From Rhynchobatus australiae (taxonomy: Eukaryota), in the NCBI GenBank assembly GCA_034780895.1, contig JAUZTB010000087.1, forward strand, positions 87,678,936 through 87,742,935: DNA of 64,000 nucleotides, given 5' to 3'. Each line of letters begins with the position of its first letter. Within the stretch, counting starts at the first letter, position 1. Shown piece by piece: positions 1 to 13,051 of this stretch. The translations under genes and the position numbers were made by a program. Under the pieces are notes generated by a model that ran no database searches, had not been told where the DNA came from, and worked only from the letters and a program-made list of their open reading frames with translations.

Positions 1-170
1 GGGTGCTCTGGTTTCCTCCCACATTCCAAAGATGTATGGGTTAGGAAGTTGTGGGCATGCTATGTTGGCGCCAGAAGTGTGGCAACACTTGCAGGCTGCC
101 CCCCAAACACTACGCAAAAGATGCTTTTCACGGTGTGTTTTGATGTACATGTGACTAATAAAAGATATCT
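1..170 (+). mobile_element. V-SINE (HE1-like) 3' part
   Basis: GGGTGCTCTGGTTTCCTCCCACATTCCAAAGA V-domain; tail closely similar to the copy at 11292-11575. Confidence 0.8.
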
Positions 171-749
171 TAAAAATCAGAAAAACTGCAGATGCTGGAA
201 ATCTGAAATAAAATTAGGAAATGGTGCTGAAGTAACAGGTTAGAGCTTTAAGAGTGATATTTTGAATGTGTGTGGGGAGTAATATCTAAGAATACTGTTT
301 CTTAGGGCTAATTTTTTTTGCCTATAATCTACCCGTGTGCCCTCTACTCTCATGTACATCAATCTGCAAGCCAGTACTGAATTCAGTAGCCTGCTGCGCA
401 CTGCAGCAAATACTTAGATGGTCCTTCAGCATCATGAAGGAGTTGAATCATAGTCACACATCACTGGCCATCAAGCTCCCATTTACATTAATCCTATACT
501 GATCCCACTTTGTCCCTCCACGCCACGCACTGCACCCCACCCCACCCCCAAATTCTACTATTCACCAACACATTAAGGGCAATTTACATTACCCATCAAT
601 CTACATGTCATTGGGATTTGGAGGGAAACTAGATCATCTGGTGGGGGTGGGGTGGGGACCCCACGCAGTCACAAAGAGACTATGCAATCTTCATACAGAC
701 AGCACCTGTGGTCAGGATTGAACCCAGGTTGTAGGAGCTGTGAGGCAGC

Positions 750-1560
750 AATTCTACCAGGTGTGCCACTGTACCATCATAGGGAAGAGATTTGCTGCAA
801 CTCCAGTTTTGAGTGTTCCGAGGTGGCTGTTGAGACTAATGTGGGAACTACAAACTTCCACAATTTGGACAGGTGAGTGGGTAGTTTGTGAGGTGGTGCT
901 CTCCTTCAGCAGGTTATGCAGGGCCCCTGTGTGCTTCCCTTGCATGGTCTCCTTTCTCAATACCCTCCCTAATATTGCTTCTCCACTTTAAACTAAGTTT
1001 TTCAGGACTTGGTGGGGATGTTGCACTTCAATGAAATTTTGAGTACATCCTTAAATCCTTTTCTATGTCTGCCTAACAATCTCCTCCAACAACAGAGCTC
1101 TGAATAGAGTGTCTGTTTTGGGTATTTGGTACTGAGCATATGAACTATATGCTTCAGTGAATGAATTTTGGCTTGGAGCTTGGCTTCCAAGTGTGGCAAT
1201 CACGAGCGTCATCTGCATACCGTAACTTGACTAAATTTGAGTGACCTTGGTTTTGAAGATAGTCATCGCATGTTGAACAGTGTCCCATTGGTTCTGAAGA
1301 TTAGCTTCACTCCCTTGGCAAGTTTGTCGGAGGTGAGGTGCGACACTGTAGCAAGAAAGATGGAGAAAAATGCTGGGGCAATGGCAGAGCGTTGTTTGAC
1401 ACTTGTCTTCTATGAGATTCATTCATCCATAGACTTGCTGGTTAGGAAGATGGCTTGCACACTGCCATGTAGCAAACATATGAACTAGCAGAATTTCTGC
1501 AGGTGGCTGAATTTGAGGAGGGTCCATGGCCATAGCCAAGGGTTGAGAATGTAGGCTCGG
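750..1560 (-). mobile_element. Decayed RTE-clade LINE, RT C-terminal and 3' region
   Basis: Fragments such as QVTVCR*RS (YADD region) and RHRKGFKDVLKISLKCNIP resemble RTE/BovB ORF ends; many stops; similar to the copies at 10.0-11.0 kb and 47.6-48.1 kb. Confidence 0.65.
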
Positions 1561-1799
1561 TCTGCAGATGGGGCCTGCAGGAACATGGGCGGTGTATGCA
1601 GTTGGAGCCAGGGGCAGGAAAATGGCCTGGGGGGGGGGTCGAGAACATGGACAGGTTGGGGAGCTATTGACTACATGGGAGGTGAGGAGGGAGGCAGTGG
1701 GTAAGGGTTTCTGTCTGTGTGGGGGCAGGGGGATTGGGCATTGTGTATCTATGAAAATGAGCACCCACCTCTATGTGTGAACATTAATTACTGATGAAG

Positions 1800-2130
1800 C
1801 AGAGCCTGGTCTCCAGGTGCCTTCGTCCCCTTGCCAATGGATCAAGACCTTGCTCTGCGAAGACTCTGGTAGTTGGTGTGCAACAGCTACCCTGTGTTAA
1901 ACGGAACCACACACAGCCAGCTTCCACTGCACACTGAAGGTTGGAACCTGAAATGTTGGGACCCTTATGGACACTCCTGCAGTAACTGACTCGAACGCCA
2001 CTCTACTGTCATAGCTTGCAAACTCAGGTGCTTTGATATTGACATGGTTGCAGTGAGAAAATTAGATTTGACAGGAAATGGCCATTTTAAAGAATAAGGT
2101 GGTGGGTACATCTGGAGGAATAAACTGAAG
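1800..2130 (+). mobile_element. RTE LINE 5' end with start of the AP endonuclease
   Basis: GT*NVGTLMD...ERHSTVIACKLRCFDIDMVA resembles the GTWNVRTL...ERRTA...IDIAA start of RTE endonuclease. Confidence 0.65.
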
Positions 2131-2712
2131 AGGAACATGGAACACTACAGCACAGTACAGGCCCTTTGGCCCACAATGTGCCGACATTTTATCCTGCCCT
2201 AAGATCTATCTAACCCTGGACAGTGTTGGTTGCATGAGACAAGCCACCTTTGGTGTTGGTGGCGGCAGACACAACTGCAACATTTAAAATGTATTTGGAT
2301 AGAAAAGGCCTAATACAGGCAAATGAGTCTGGCGTAGATGGACATCACTGCTGGCATAACGAGGTGGGCTGGAGGGCCCCGTTTCTGTGCTGTACAATGG
2401 TCTGATTCCCTGATCCTGCCAGGACATCACACATTGTGTTCATTTTGAAAGTGTTTGGGGAGGTAATTGGTGAGGTAACTGACCACTGGTTAGCAAAGCA
2501 GTAGTAAAGTGTCTTAAATTTGCTAGTACAACTAGAGGTCAGCCCAGAGATTTCTGGGATTATTGAGAGCACAGAGTTCCGTAAAACCTCAGTTCAATTA
2601 AAAGAGAATTGCATATGTCTTTGGCAAAGGATATGGAACCTTAACAATGAGCTGGAAAACCCTTCGCCACTCCCACCCCAGCACTCCCCCATCCCACATG
2701 CATATGCACGCA

Positions 2713-2713
2713 T

Positions 2714-2744
<31 letters not shown>
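2713..2744. repeat. (CA)n microsatellite
   Basis: Directly visible dinucleotide run. Confidence 0.95.
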
Positions 2745-3189
2745 GCATTACAATATTAATAGAGCAAATCAAATGCGTCTGCACCCAGTGTTAAAGGTGG
2801 ATTTGTTCACTGCTTTGTGGAGATAACATCTTGCATACAAAACTGACAGACAACTGTGACTGCACGGGCAATCTACCTCACGATCTACCTTGTGACCTCG
2901 CACCTTATTGCACTGCACTTTCTCTGTAGCTGTGACACTTTACTCTGTACTNNNNNNNNNNNNNNNNNNNNNNNNNNNNNNNNNNNNNNNNNNNNNNNNN
3001 NNNNNNNNNNNNNNNNNNNNNNNNNNNNNNNNNNNNNNNNNNNNNNNNNNNCTCCCACATAGCCCTCCATTTCTCATCCAAACAGTGAGCTTTGCTGTCA
3101 AGAACAAACTAGTCCAGCTTCTCTGTGACTCACTCAGCAGAATTTGCAAAAGCTTTACAACCCTTTGGCTCACTTTGAAAGAGAACTAA

Positions 3190-3730
3190 AGTGCCTCATA
3201 GTGCATAGGCCCCAACCCTGGTAGCTTCAGACAAAGCCAAGGAAGACTTCTATTCCAAGCTTGAAAAAAATCGTGGTCTGCATCCCAAAGGGAGACAAAC
3301 TGATCCTCCTGGTCAACTTCAACCCTCCGGTAAGGCATGATCGGCAGAGTAGGAGTCCTTCAGGGTCCAATGAGGTCCTTCTCTTGACAAAATGCTTGGA
3401 GCATGGCCTCATCATAAGGTTTTGTCAGAGGGACGAGCACAAGATATCATGTCAACACCCCTGGTCCGAACACTTATACCTGTTAGAGGATATAATGGTC
3501 TGAATGAAGGATTGCAGAGATGTTCGCACTACCTGCACCACAACATGCACTGACTGCTGGACTGGCCATTGCCTAACCTCCATCAGCCTGTCACCAAAAC
3601 ATCACCGTTAACAGAAGCGGAGTTCTCAAGGACCCCACAAAGGCAGCGTCCCACTGACAGCTCCTCACCCACAGGAGCTGCCCAGATTCCGCAGTCTGTT
3701 GGCTGCGATGGAGTCTGCTATAACTGGAGC
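3190..3730 (+). mobile_element. RTE LINE endonuclease-region fragment
   Basis: IPKGDKLILLVNFN...LLLTKCLEHGLII...HKISCQHPWSEH resembles RTE endonuclease motifs (LGDFNA, SWQHPRSKHW). Confidence 0.7.
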
Positions 3731-3839
3731 AAATAACCCGGAGCGGCATTCGGGAATCAAAATGCTGCAGGAGCTAGAAATCTGAAATAACAAAAGAACA
3801 GAAATTGCTGGAAGTGCTCAGCAACTGAGGGAGCAGCCG

Positions 3840-5000
3840 TGAGGGAGGAACGGAGCTCACGGTTCAGGTGCACGACCTGAAGGCTTTACAGCGAATGGCG
3901 AGGACGTTATAATGTGGTGTAAAAGGGGAGAGAAAGGCAAACGTGTCTCGGGCGCCAAAGCGGATACAGTGCAGACTTGGTGCGGCGTGATTGGTGTGTG
4001 CGCGAACTCGGGAAGCGAGGTGGGAACTCGCGGCAACGTTTGATCTCAGTTGGTGCTGAATTAGTGGACGCTCTTTATGAGCAAAGTGGACAAAGGGGCA
4101 TGGTGAAGCCCGGCGCTGCAGCAGCGAACCACAGCCTCTGGTGGTGCAGAAATTCCTTGCCGACCATCCTCTTCCACCCCCCCGCTGNNNNCCAAAAGTT
4201 TCAGTAGTTAGCAACTACTTTTAATAAAAACAAAAGTGCACGGTTTGAAATGTCTTTTAATCGAAAAGGGCGGCGCGCCGCTTCTGGGGCAGGGACGTGA
4301 GGTGAGCGGTGCTCTGGGCTCTTGCTGTGCCCGGAGCGCCGGGACCACCCAGGGTGCAGGCAGGGAGAGCCGCCTCGCAGCCCGGCGCCATTGCACGAAG
4401 CGGCTGGACGAGCGGAGGGAGAACCCCGGGCTCAAGACTAGAGGCCGGTTGCGGGAAATATGCGGAGGAGCGGGCTCGGCGCAGGGAAGGTGAGGAGTGC
4501 CGTGCGGTGGAGGGTTCCCAGTGCGGGGAGAGGGGGGGGGGTGAAGGCGGGAAAGTTGTTGGGAGCGGAGCAGACAAAGGGAGCTGGTGGTCGGGTTCAG
4601 TCGCTGCACAGGACGGGGACGTGCGGGCCAAATGCTCCGGCGCCTCAAGACCCTCAGTTTGAGGTGGGTGAGAGCTTCCCTGGGGTTGGGGGGTGGGGGG
4701 TGTGGTTGACTCTCTGCCGGTTCCCGCCGGCAGGGCGCCGCCTGGCCCGGGCTTTGTGCGGAGCCGCCGGGGTCCCGCCATCCCCACCTCCCTCACGGCC
4801 GCCGACCTCCCTCCCATCGGGAACAGCCCGGGCCCGGCGATGAGCGGCGAACAAAACCAAAACTTTCTTTGAGGGAAGTGGATGGATTCGGGTGGTTTCT
4901 GGCGAGAAGGGGCGAGGCCAGTCGCCCCTCCGGGGAAGGTGGCTGGCTGGCTGGCGGCTGCATCCCCGGACACACCGCAGACGTGGAAAGCGACTCTCCT
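3840..5000 (+). promoter_or_regulatory. CpG island, probable GPR161 promoter and first (5' UTR) exon
   Basis: Only CpG-dense, GC-rich stretch in an otherwise AT-rich, CpG-depleted window; lies about 1.5 kb upstream of the first coding exon; candidate donors GAG|gtgagc (4301/4302) and AAG|gtgagg (4489/4490). The exact first exon cannot be fixed from sequence alone. Confidence 0.8.
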
Positions 5001-5569
5001 GGCAAATCACATGTAACTTGGGTTTGGGGGGGGTGGGGGCATTCGAATGAATCGTGCCATTCGCCTTACAATTTAAAAAAACAAACCACATGGTTATAAA
5101 ATTGCATTTTTTTTCCTCCCACTTTCTTGCCATTTCCCCATCCCATATCCAACCTGGTCTGAACCGTCCACTCACCCTAGTGGCCAGGGAACAAGACTGC
5201 CTTCTTTAAAAATCCCACACAGCTCATTAACTGGAAGATGGCTTGTGGGTTGCTGCAACAATGCCAGAGTAAATGTGAACAATGGAGATTGCATGACAGC
5301 GCATAAGTAAAGTGGGTTTGGTTCCTTGCAAAGAAAAACCTTCCCCGACCCCTCGTAGTCGTTAAGACTCACAGATCTGAAGGTGTTTGGAGTATTTGTA
5401 CCAACCACATTTATATAGCATTTTTTAAAAAGAATATAATAGCGTCCCAATAATCTAGTAGGCGTTTGCACTCAAATACAGATGATGAAGCTCCTTCATA
5501 GTGTTAGGTTTCAATGGGCCGGTATGAAGGAGTGGGAGGGAGGGTTGGGGAGGGATTTCCCGAGTTTTA

Positions 5570-6420
5570 CAATTGGCAGCTGAAACTTGTCTGCATTGAC
5601 TGGTGATTTAATTGGTTCAGAAATGGAAACTTACAGAACTGGACGAGATCACAAAGAAAGGATGGGATTTGTCGGGGTGGGGCGTTTGAGGGATTGACAA
5701 ACTAGGTTCAGAATTTTAAAATCATTTTTTTTAACCGGAACCCAGTGTGGATTAGCAAACAGAAGGGAGGTCGATTATTGTGGCTTGGTACACATTGGGG
5801 GATTTGAGCCAGAGCGTTGGATAGCTCACGTACACAGGAAAGTTGGTGAGGAGCTTGCTGGAAAAGTCAAGTCCAGAGGTAATAACATTGAAAGTGAGGA
5901 TAAGGATTTCAGCACTGAGTAAGCTGAGGAGGGACAACTGCAGATAGTGCGAAAGGGGTGGAAATATGCAGGCTTAGTAAGATACTAACTTTGTAAATGG
6001 TCGGGCGTAGTTTCAGAGCATTGCCAGAGTGGGGCAAGGAGATAATGATGAAGGGACAGAGATAGTGACAAGGAATGCAATCGGTAGCTTTGCTCTTCCC
6101 ATTGTGGATGTGGGATAAGCACCCTCAAAATTTAGAGATAGAGAAGGGGTTAAGAGCAGTGATGGTGACATTTTGGGTGTTGTCAGCTCACACACAGACA
6201 TTGATGTTTGAATGACACCGCCAGGGGGTAGATGGTAAGTAGGAGGGGGGTCAAGTATAGATCCTTGGGAGACATCAGTGGTGGTGGTGGGGGGTATGAC
6301 CAAAAGCCATCAAAGGCCATTCTCTAGATAAGAATGGAACCAGATGGTTTTGGTCCCTTCCACCTGGACAGTGCTGCAGAGGCATTAAAGGAGGGTGGTG
6401 TGGCTGATCCAGATGGGAAA
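5570..6420 (-). mobile_element. Old L2-like LINE fragment
   Basis: VSQGSILDPP resembles the RT motif GVPQGSVLGP; heavily decayed. Confidence 0.5.
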
Positions 6421-6566
6421 TTGTGTATCTGCCATGTTATTTGCTAAAATATTTTGACAAGATATTCTTAATGTATATGTGTCTTCTATTTCATACAATT
6501 AATAATTTTTATATTTCTGGTTCAGGACTCAAGCATGCTATTACCGATCTATTCCATGACTTCACA

Positions 6567-6925
6567 ATGAACTGTAACACCAGTGTCAATAGAAGTGGGG
6601 GGAACAACACTACCCATGAAGACGGTGGATTCGTCATTGCATCAGTTGCCATCATTGTTATTGCTGTGTTGATCTTTCTGGGAAACCTGGTGATAGTTGT
6701 AACTCTATACAAGAAATCTTACCTCTTGACACCGAGCAACAAGTTTGTCTTCAGTCTGACACTTTCTAATTTTCTGCTGTCTGTTCTGGTGCTCCCTTTT
6801 ATTATCGCAAGCTCAATCAAGCGAGAATGGATCTTTGGGGTGGTGTGGTGCAACTTTACAGCACTGCTCTGCATGCTTATCAACTCTGCCAGTATGATGA
6901 CCCTTGGAGTCATTGCAATAGATCG
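6567..6925 (+). CDS. GPR161: GPR161 coding exon 1 (N-terminus, TM1-TM3)
   Basis: Acceptor ttcag|G at 6525/6526, ATG at 6567. Encodes [10 protein letters not shown]...[42 protein letters not shown]...[10 protein letters not shown]...AIDR, as in GPR161. Donor CG|gtaag at 6925/6926 splits the Arg of the DRY motif. Confidence 0.97.
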
Positions 6926-9900
6926 GTAAGACATGTTTCTTTAGAGATTTGCTTATTCTGTAATAAAGTTACATTGTGGTTAGATTTTGCAAAAATAGTA
7001 AATATTTTCATATTGGCAGTCTCTTGAATCAAAAGCTTGTTAAGTGGAAAAACTCCAAGGAACTTTCATGGCTCTATGTATTGTATTAAACCATTAAATA
7101 CAGAACAGATTTTAATACTTCAATTGCATTGCTTCTAACTAAATGGAGGTTACAATATTTTAAAGAAAATTACCCTCCGATATGAACAGAAATTGCAATT
7201 TCTGAAAATGATAGTTGGATTATCACATGCTTCAAAATTGTCAGGGTATCACAGGTACTGAAATAAGTCTTTAAAACAAAAATATTTGCAAACTACAAGT
7301 GACAATTATTGCTGCCATTACAGGCCTAGCCATAGGTGATTTTCTAAAAGAATAAAAGAAGTGGAGAGATCAGGGGCAACTTGAGTAAAATGAGGGGAAG
7401 AAAATCTTTGCATACCTTCAAGTGCTTTACAATGCTTTAAGGAAAAATAGAGAGTGATGGGCAAGTTTAGAGAGGGTGACTGAGAGCTTAGTCAAAGAGT
7501 TGGATTTAAAGAGGTTCTAAAAGTCGAGAAGGAGGTGAAAAGACAGAGTTTTAGTAGTCCATAATGTGGTCCATGACTGAAGGCACAGCAGGGACTACAT
7601 AAAGAGCCGTCATAGATTTAATGGGTTGAATGGCCTCCTTGTCTGTCGTGAGAAATTGAGTGAATAAACAGGGAATGAGAGGCTTTGGTAGATTGTTGGG
7701 GTGGAGTGGGGAAAGTAGAGTTGGTCAAATTAGAAATGGAGAAGGGTGGAGCTATGTTAGATTTTAAACACGTGGATGAGAGTTTTAATTATGAGATATT
7801 GGCCACCTGAGCACCAAAGGGGGAAAAACGTAGTTGCATGTAGAATGTGGACAGGAGAGCTTGGAGGGAGCTGGCTGACCACCCAGAGGAGAATTGGAGG
7901 AATAGCTTGGATAAGGGTTCCAGCTGTAGGTGGGCTATGACACTGCTGGAGGTGTGTGATGCCAGAAAGTTCGAAGCAAATAATTACTTGTGGATGGAAT
8001 GATTTAAGGTCTGAAACTCAACAAGGAGATCCCAGCTTGTTAAAGTTGTGAACTGTCTGGTTCAGACTAAAATATTTGGGTGGAGTTAGGGTGTGGGTAG
8101 GGAATTTGTGCTTGGAGCCAGAGGTGATTCAGTTTTTCCAGTGCAGAGCTGATGGAAATTATTGCTTGTTCATTCCAGGGCATCAGATGAGCAGTTCTGC
8201 AGTGAAGAAGGCTGAGCAAGGTGCTGGTGAGGTCGTCTGGGTGGTATTAGAATGTGTGTGAACTCTGTAGCACACGGAAGGGGAAGGGATTGTTGATTCA
8301 TTCTAGAGAGATTCCAAAAATGGAAGTGCTGGGATTGGAGGAGAAACTGGATTTGAATGGCTATGGTCAAGTAGGTTAGAGTAGTCACAAAATGAACAGA
8401 AAGTAAGAACGGCAGAGGGCAAAGAGAGCAAACAGATTATATAAATCTAAGATTTAACAATAGGCCAGTATGTTATATGTCCACACTGCCCTAGAATTTG
8501 CTTGCTGTTTCTTTGTTTCTACCTGTTTCTTGCTACTTTCTTGAGTAGAATCCTTCGACCAACAGGACCCAACTACATCANNNNNNNNNNNNNNNNNNNN
8601 NNNNNNNNNNNNNNNNNNNNNNNNNNNNNNNNNNNNNNNNNNNNNNNNNNNNNNNNNNNNNNNNNNNNNNNNNNNNNNNNTCTTGAGTAGAATCCTGCGA
8701 CCAACAGGACCCAACTACATCAGGCAGGTCAGATATCAAAATAATCTGAGGTTGGGGGCAGTTCAGAATGGTTGGGGTTGGGTCGGGTTTTAATTTCATA
8801 CCTGAGAGTATGGGAGATAAATCTGATAATAGATGCGATACTGGAGCAGGCATTTCCCTGTGTTTCTGGAACATGTTTGATCACCTTCAAGAATCAGAAA
8901 GATTCTCAATATTTTTAGTCCTCAATTTGTATTTGATCAGCCAAGGGACTGTAAGGAAATGACACTTCATCTTATTTTCAGGGTATGGCATTTTTAAAAA
9001 ATAATTTTCACGCTTCAATTAGATATGGATTAGCATTTGTAATAGTGCAGTGTGCAGGGGATTACTGCAGACACTGAGGCTCCCTCTGTCAAGTACCTCA
9101 GGCTTCTCCAGAAGGGTCCTAGTTGTTGAAGTGCTGTTCCGGTCTGTTCTATTAGAAGATGTGTGCCTGCATAGCTTTCAGTGGTATGAATGGCAGGGAT
9201 AGTAAAAAGCCCTTGGTGCCCAGTGGCTAACTTTTTGATTTGTTGCTGTGGCTCGTGAGCAAGTAGTGTAGGAAGCTGTCACAGAATGGACAAGTCATGA
9301 TTGCTGCTCGGATACTCAGTAAGGACCTGTATGATTTGCTGTCTAGATTGCATGCTGACTGGGCTCTGAGACAGTGGAATTTGTTTTGGTAGAGCCAGAA
9401 TTGACTTTCAGGGTTTAAGATAAGATATCTTGTAGACTGATCTGCCTCCTGTCAATAGCACGTTGCACCTTGGGCATTCTGCTAACATTCCATGTTCTCT
9501 CTGCCTGACGGTCTCTGGCAGGGGAGAATGAAACATTATTGGGTTTCTTCAAACATGAAGCTTCAGTGACCTTTCATAACAGTGCAAGAAAAACGGCAAA
9601 GTATTTCCAAATATGTCCAGCTTCAGGAAGCATGATGGCTAAAAGGCTGTTGCTGTGTTCAGCCACTGGGAATGGGATCTCCACACTGCCCTGAGGTTGC
9701 AGTGAGTAGCAGATTTCATTACTGTTCGCAGTATGTGACTTCCCACTGAAGCTGCTCTTCCAGCATCCTGCTTTGCCTGTCTTCCACTTGTTCTGACAAA
9801 GATGCCATATTCCAAGGAGATTACTCACCAATGCACCCATGTCTCAGAGGGAATGTTTGGTGCAGAAATCTGGAAGTCAGGAAAAAGATAGCACCTGTCA

Positions 9901-10019
9901 CACAACTTCCAATAATTGTTTCAAGTTGCAGACATTTGCAACCTGAAACAACAAGGAAAACACCAGATAGTTGTTGAATTATATCAATAAGCAGTAGAAA
10001 TCAATGAGCAACACTTCCT

Positions 10020-10970
10020 AGACAGTCCTTTTGGATTAAGGATGACTTGCTTCTGCTCCAGTTCTGTGCGTTCTGAGGTGCCTGATGAGGCCAATCTGAG
10101 AACAACAGACTCTTGCTCTAATGGGTAGGTGGTGCCTGATGGGATGTGTGATTTGTGATGTGATGTGCCTCTTTTGCTGTTTACTCTGGACTTCTGTATG
10201 CTCCTGAATGCTGTTTCACCACTTAGTCGTCATGGACCAATTTTTTTTTTTGGAGCAATTTTTTTTCAAAGAGGTTTTGAGAAAATCCTTGAAAAATTTC
10301 CGCAGTGTGCTTGGTAATTTCTTCTGTGACAGGCACACTGTTCTGTACTGTTTCAGGAGATTGGTGTCAAGTGTGCAAATGACTTGGCCTAACCAATGGA
10401 GTTGAGTATAACCAGGTCTCAAAGCTGGGAACATTAGCCCGAGAGAGGGTATTGATGTTGGTTTGTTTGTCCTTCCAGCTGATTTGGAAGAATTTGTGGA
10501 GACAGCATTTGTGATGTCTGTCCAGTGCCTTGAGGTATAATTTCATGAGTCTTGAGCCAGGTATGACGGCTTGATCTTCAAACACCCTTTTTCTTAGTTG
10601 GCCAAAGGCTCTGTTAGCACATTGAATGTGCTGGTGAATTTCACCATCGATGTCTTGCCGAGAGGTGGTTCCTGAAACATGGGAAGCTGATCGCATTTTC
10701 TAGGGTCTTGCTGTAGACCTTAATTGTTCGAGGGTGGTGTTTTACAGTGGGGTAGATTGATGGAGGGCCATAGTCTTTCAGTTATTGAGTGTTAGGCTCA
10801 TCTTCTGCCCTGCATCAGTGAACGAGTTGAAGGTGACTTGGCATCTGAGCATGTGCAAAGCAGTACAGGCCATCCCCAGGTTAGCAACGAGTTCCGTTGT
10901 TACAGATGTGCACAAGTCAATTTTCTCCGTAAGTTGGAAAATACACAAAATCACTCGATATGGTAACCAT
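10020..10970 (-). mobile_element. Decayed RTE-clade LINE 3' half
   Basis: DIDGEIHQHIQCANRAFGQLRKRVFED...ISWKDKQTN is typical of the RTE post-RT region; RTE-type tail near 10030. Confidence 0.8.
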
Positions 10971-11291
10971 ACCTCCACGGTATTGTAACGAATGGTGAAC
11001 GCCAATTAACAAGACATTTATTTATTGTCTTCCCTGCCTAGTTGCAATGGTACAGAATCAGGGTACCCTTCCTTACATTGCTTAATAGAGTCTCCTTACT
11101 CAAGTATCAATAGAAGCAACTGCTTGTCAATTTCCAAAGCAACTCTCTCAAGTGGCCTCCTGCAGTGAAATGGCAGCGTATAGATCTTAAGAGACAATGG
11201 TATGTGGTCACTGTGGGGAGGTTACATGTAAACAGGTTTTATTTCAAGACTTGTTCTCGTTTGAATTTAATAATATTTATCGGTGCTCATT

Positions 11292-11575
11292 TGTACAGTA
11301 GTGTAGCAGTTAGCGTAACGCTTTCCAGCGCCAGTGACCTGGGTTCAATTCCAGCTGCTGTCTGTAAGGAGTTTATACGTTCTCCCTGTGTCTGCGTGGG
11401 TGCTCCGGTTTCCTTCCATATTCCAAAGACGTTCGGGTACGGAAGTTGTGGGCATGCTATGTTGGTACTGGAAGCATGGCGACACTAGCAGGCTTCCCCC
11501 AGAACACCCTGCGCAAAAGATGTACATCAAAACACACAGTGAAATGCGTGACCAATAAAGAAATCTTATCTCTTA
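11292..11575 (+). mobile_element. tRNA-derived V-SINE, near full length
   Basis: tRNA-like head with B box GGTTCAATTCC, V-domain (TTCTCCCTGTGTCTGCGTGGG...GGTTTCC), tail ending in ATCTT repeats. Confidence 0.85.
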
Positions 11576-12326
11576 TTGTATGTATGGGGTGTTCGTAACC
11601 CAGGGAAGCCCTCTATGTAGTTAATGATCCCTTTCTAATAGTAGTTGTTTGGCAGGGTGGCGTTGGACAAGGGGGTCCTTCTCTCTGCTAAATGTACATT
11701 TAGCTGTGCAGTGTTAAGGAAGGACGTGGGCTGGAATATGGCTGAATAGCAACACAGGCATCAGATTTCCTGCACATTAACGCTCTTATCAGTCCCTATG
11801 AGGCTATTAGCAAGGATAGGTTAGTTATTGCCTCTCCCCAGCATCGTGATAGTTGTCAAGTTCCTGGTCAGCATGTTTTTGCTCCAACTATCTGTGGCCT
11901 GAAGGGAAGTGACTTTCTTGCACTATCACACAGAGTATCAAGTGAAACAAGGGTTTTATTTTTTCCACATTTAGCTTCCCATAAAATATTGCAAAATGTT
12001 TCCCTCATTACTGGGGCAATGCCGTGTATTTCAGTAGTTTTATTCCATCTTCATTTGGCTTTTTTAAATACAATTGTCCATATCTGTAAGCTTATCAGAT
12101 TCTAGTCTGCCAGATTCATGTTCATTGTACAAAATAAACTGGATAAAGTTTAAAAACTCTCTCCAAATTGAAATTAAGATAATTACATTTCATTTCTTGC
12201 TTTTAAAATGTTTTGCAAAGTGGTTAGATTTATTGCATTAACAAAACTTTTTGTGTAGGTAACAAAAGAAGGTAGTATTGAAATGTGAGCTGTTATATGT
12301 GGCTGAGATGTTTTTGATTTCTGCAG

Positions 12327-13051
12327 GTACTATGCTGTTGTTTACCCAATGGTATATCCTATGAAAATAACTGGAAACCGTGCTGTTGTTGTCATTGTAT
12401 ACATTTGGCTGCACTCTCTAATTGGATGTCTTCCTCCTCTCTTTGGCTGGTCAGCGTTTGAGTTTGACCAATTCAAGTGGATCTGTACAGCTGCATGGTA
12501 CAAAGGAGTAAGTTACACTGTCTTTTGGCAGATATGGTGTGGACTGTTGCCATTTTTAGCCATGGTCATTTGCTATGGATTTATATTTCGTGTGGCCAGG
12601 CTCAAAGCACGGAAGATTCACTGTGGAACTATCATTGTGGTGCAAGAAGAATCCAATAAGGATGGAAGAAAAAATTCAAATTCCTCTACCTCTTCATCAG
12701 GAAGCAGAAGGAACGCCAGCAATAATATTGTTTATTCAGCCAATCAATGCAAAGCCCTGACAACTATTGTGATCGTGATTGGAGCTTTTGTTGTCACATG
12801 GGGACCTTACATGATAGTGATTAGCACTGAGGCACTTTATGGTAAAGGCACTGTGTCTCCAGGACTGGAGACACTGGTAACATGGCTGTCCTTTACTAGT
12901 GCTATATGTCATCCACTTATCTATGGCCTGTGGAACAAAACGGTACGCAAAGAGCTGCTAGGGATGTGCTTTGGTGACAGATACTACAGGGATTCATTTG
13001 TTCAACGTCAGAGGACTTCCAGGTTATTCAGCATCTCCAATCGCATCACAG
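12327..13051 (+). CDS. GPR161: GPR161 coding exon 2 (TM4-TM7 and proximal tail), 725 nt
   Basis: ctgcag|G TAC TAT completes DRYY. Encodes [14 protein letters not shown]...KARK...[28 protein letters not shown]...[10 protein letters not shown]. Donor G|gtaac at 13051/13052. Confidence 0.98.

Noticed and set aside
4208-5175. Cluster of long overlapping ORFs (up to 238 aa) on both strands
   Set aside because: Pro/Gly/Arg-rich translations expected from stop-poor CpG-island DNA; no recognisable domain.
6423-6525. Extra N-terminal residues of the 168-aa ORF
   Set aside because: Upstream of the splice acceptor at 6525; AT-rich intron and polypyrimidine tract.
8540-8722. About 42-bp direct repeat on both sides of a 100-N gap (one T/G difference); similar cases at 20852-20979 and 28997-29110
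   Set aside because: Typical unmerged contig overlap or allelic ends at scaffold gaps, not a biological repeat or CRISPR-like array.
11292-11360. tRNA-like A and B boxes (also near 38495 and 56130)
   Set aside because: These are SINE heads running directly into V-domains, not tRNA genes.
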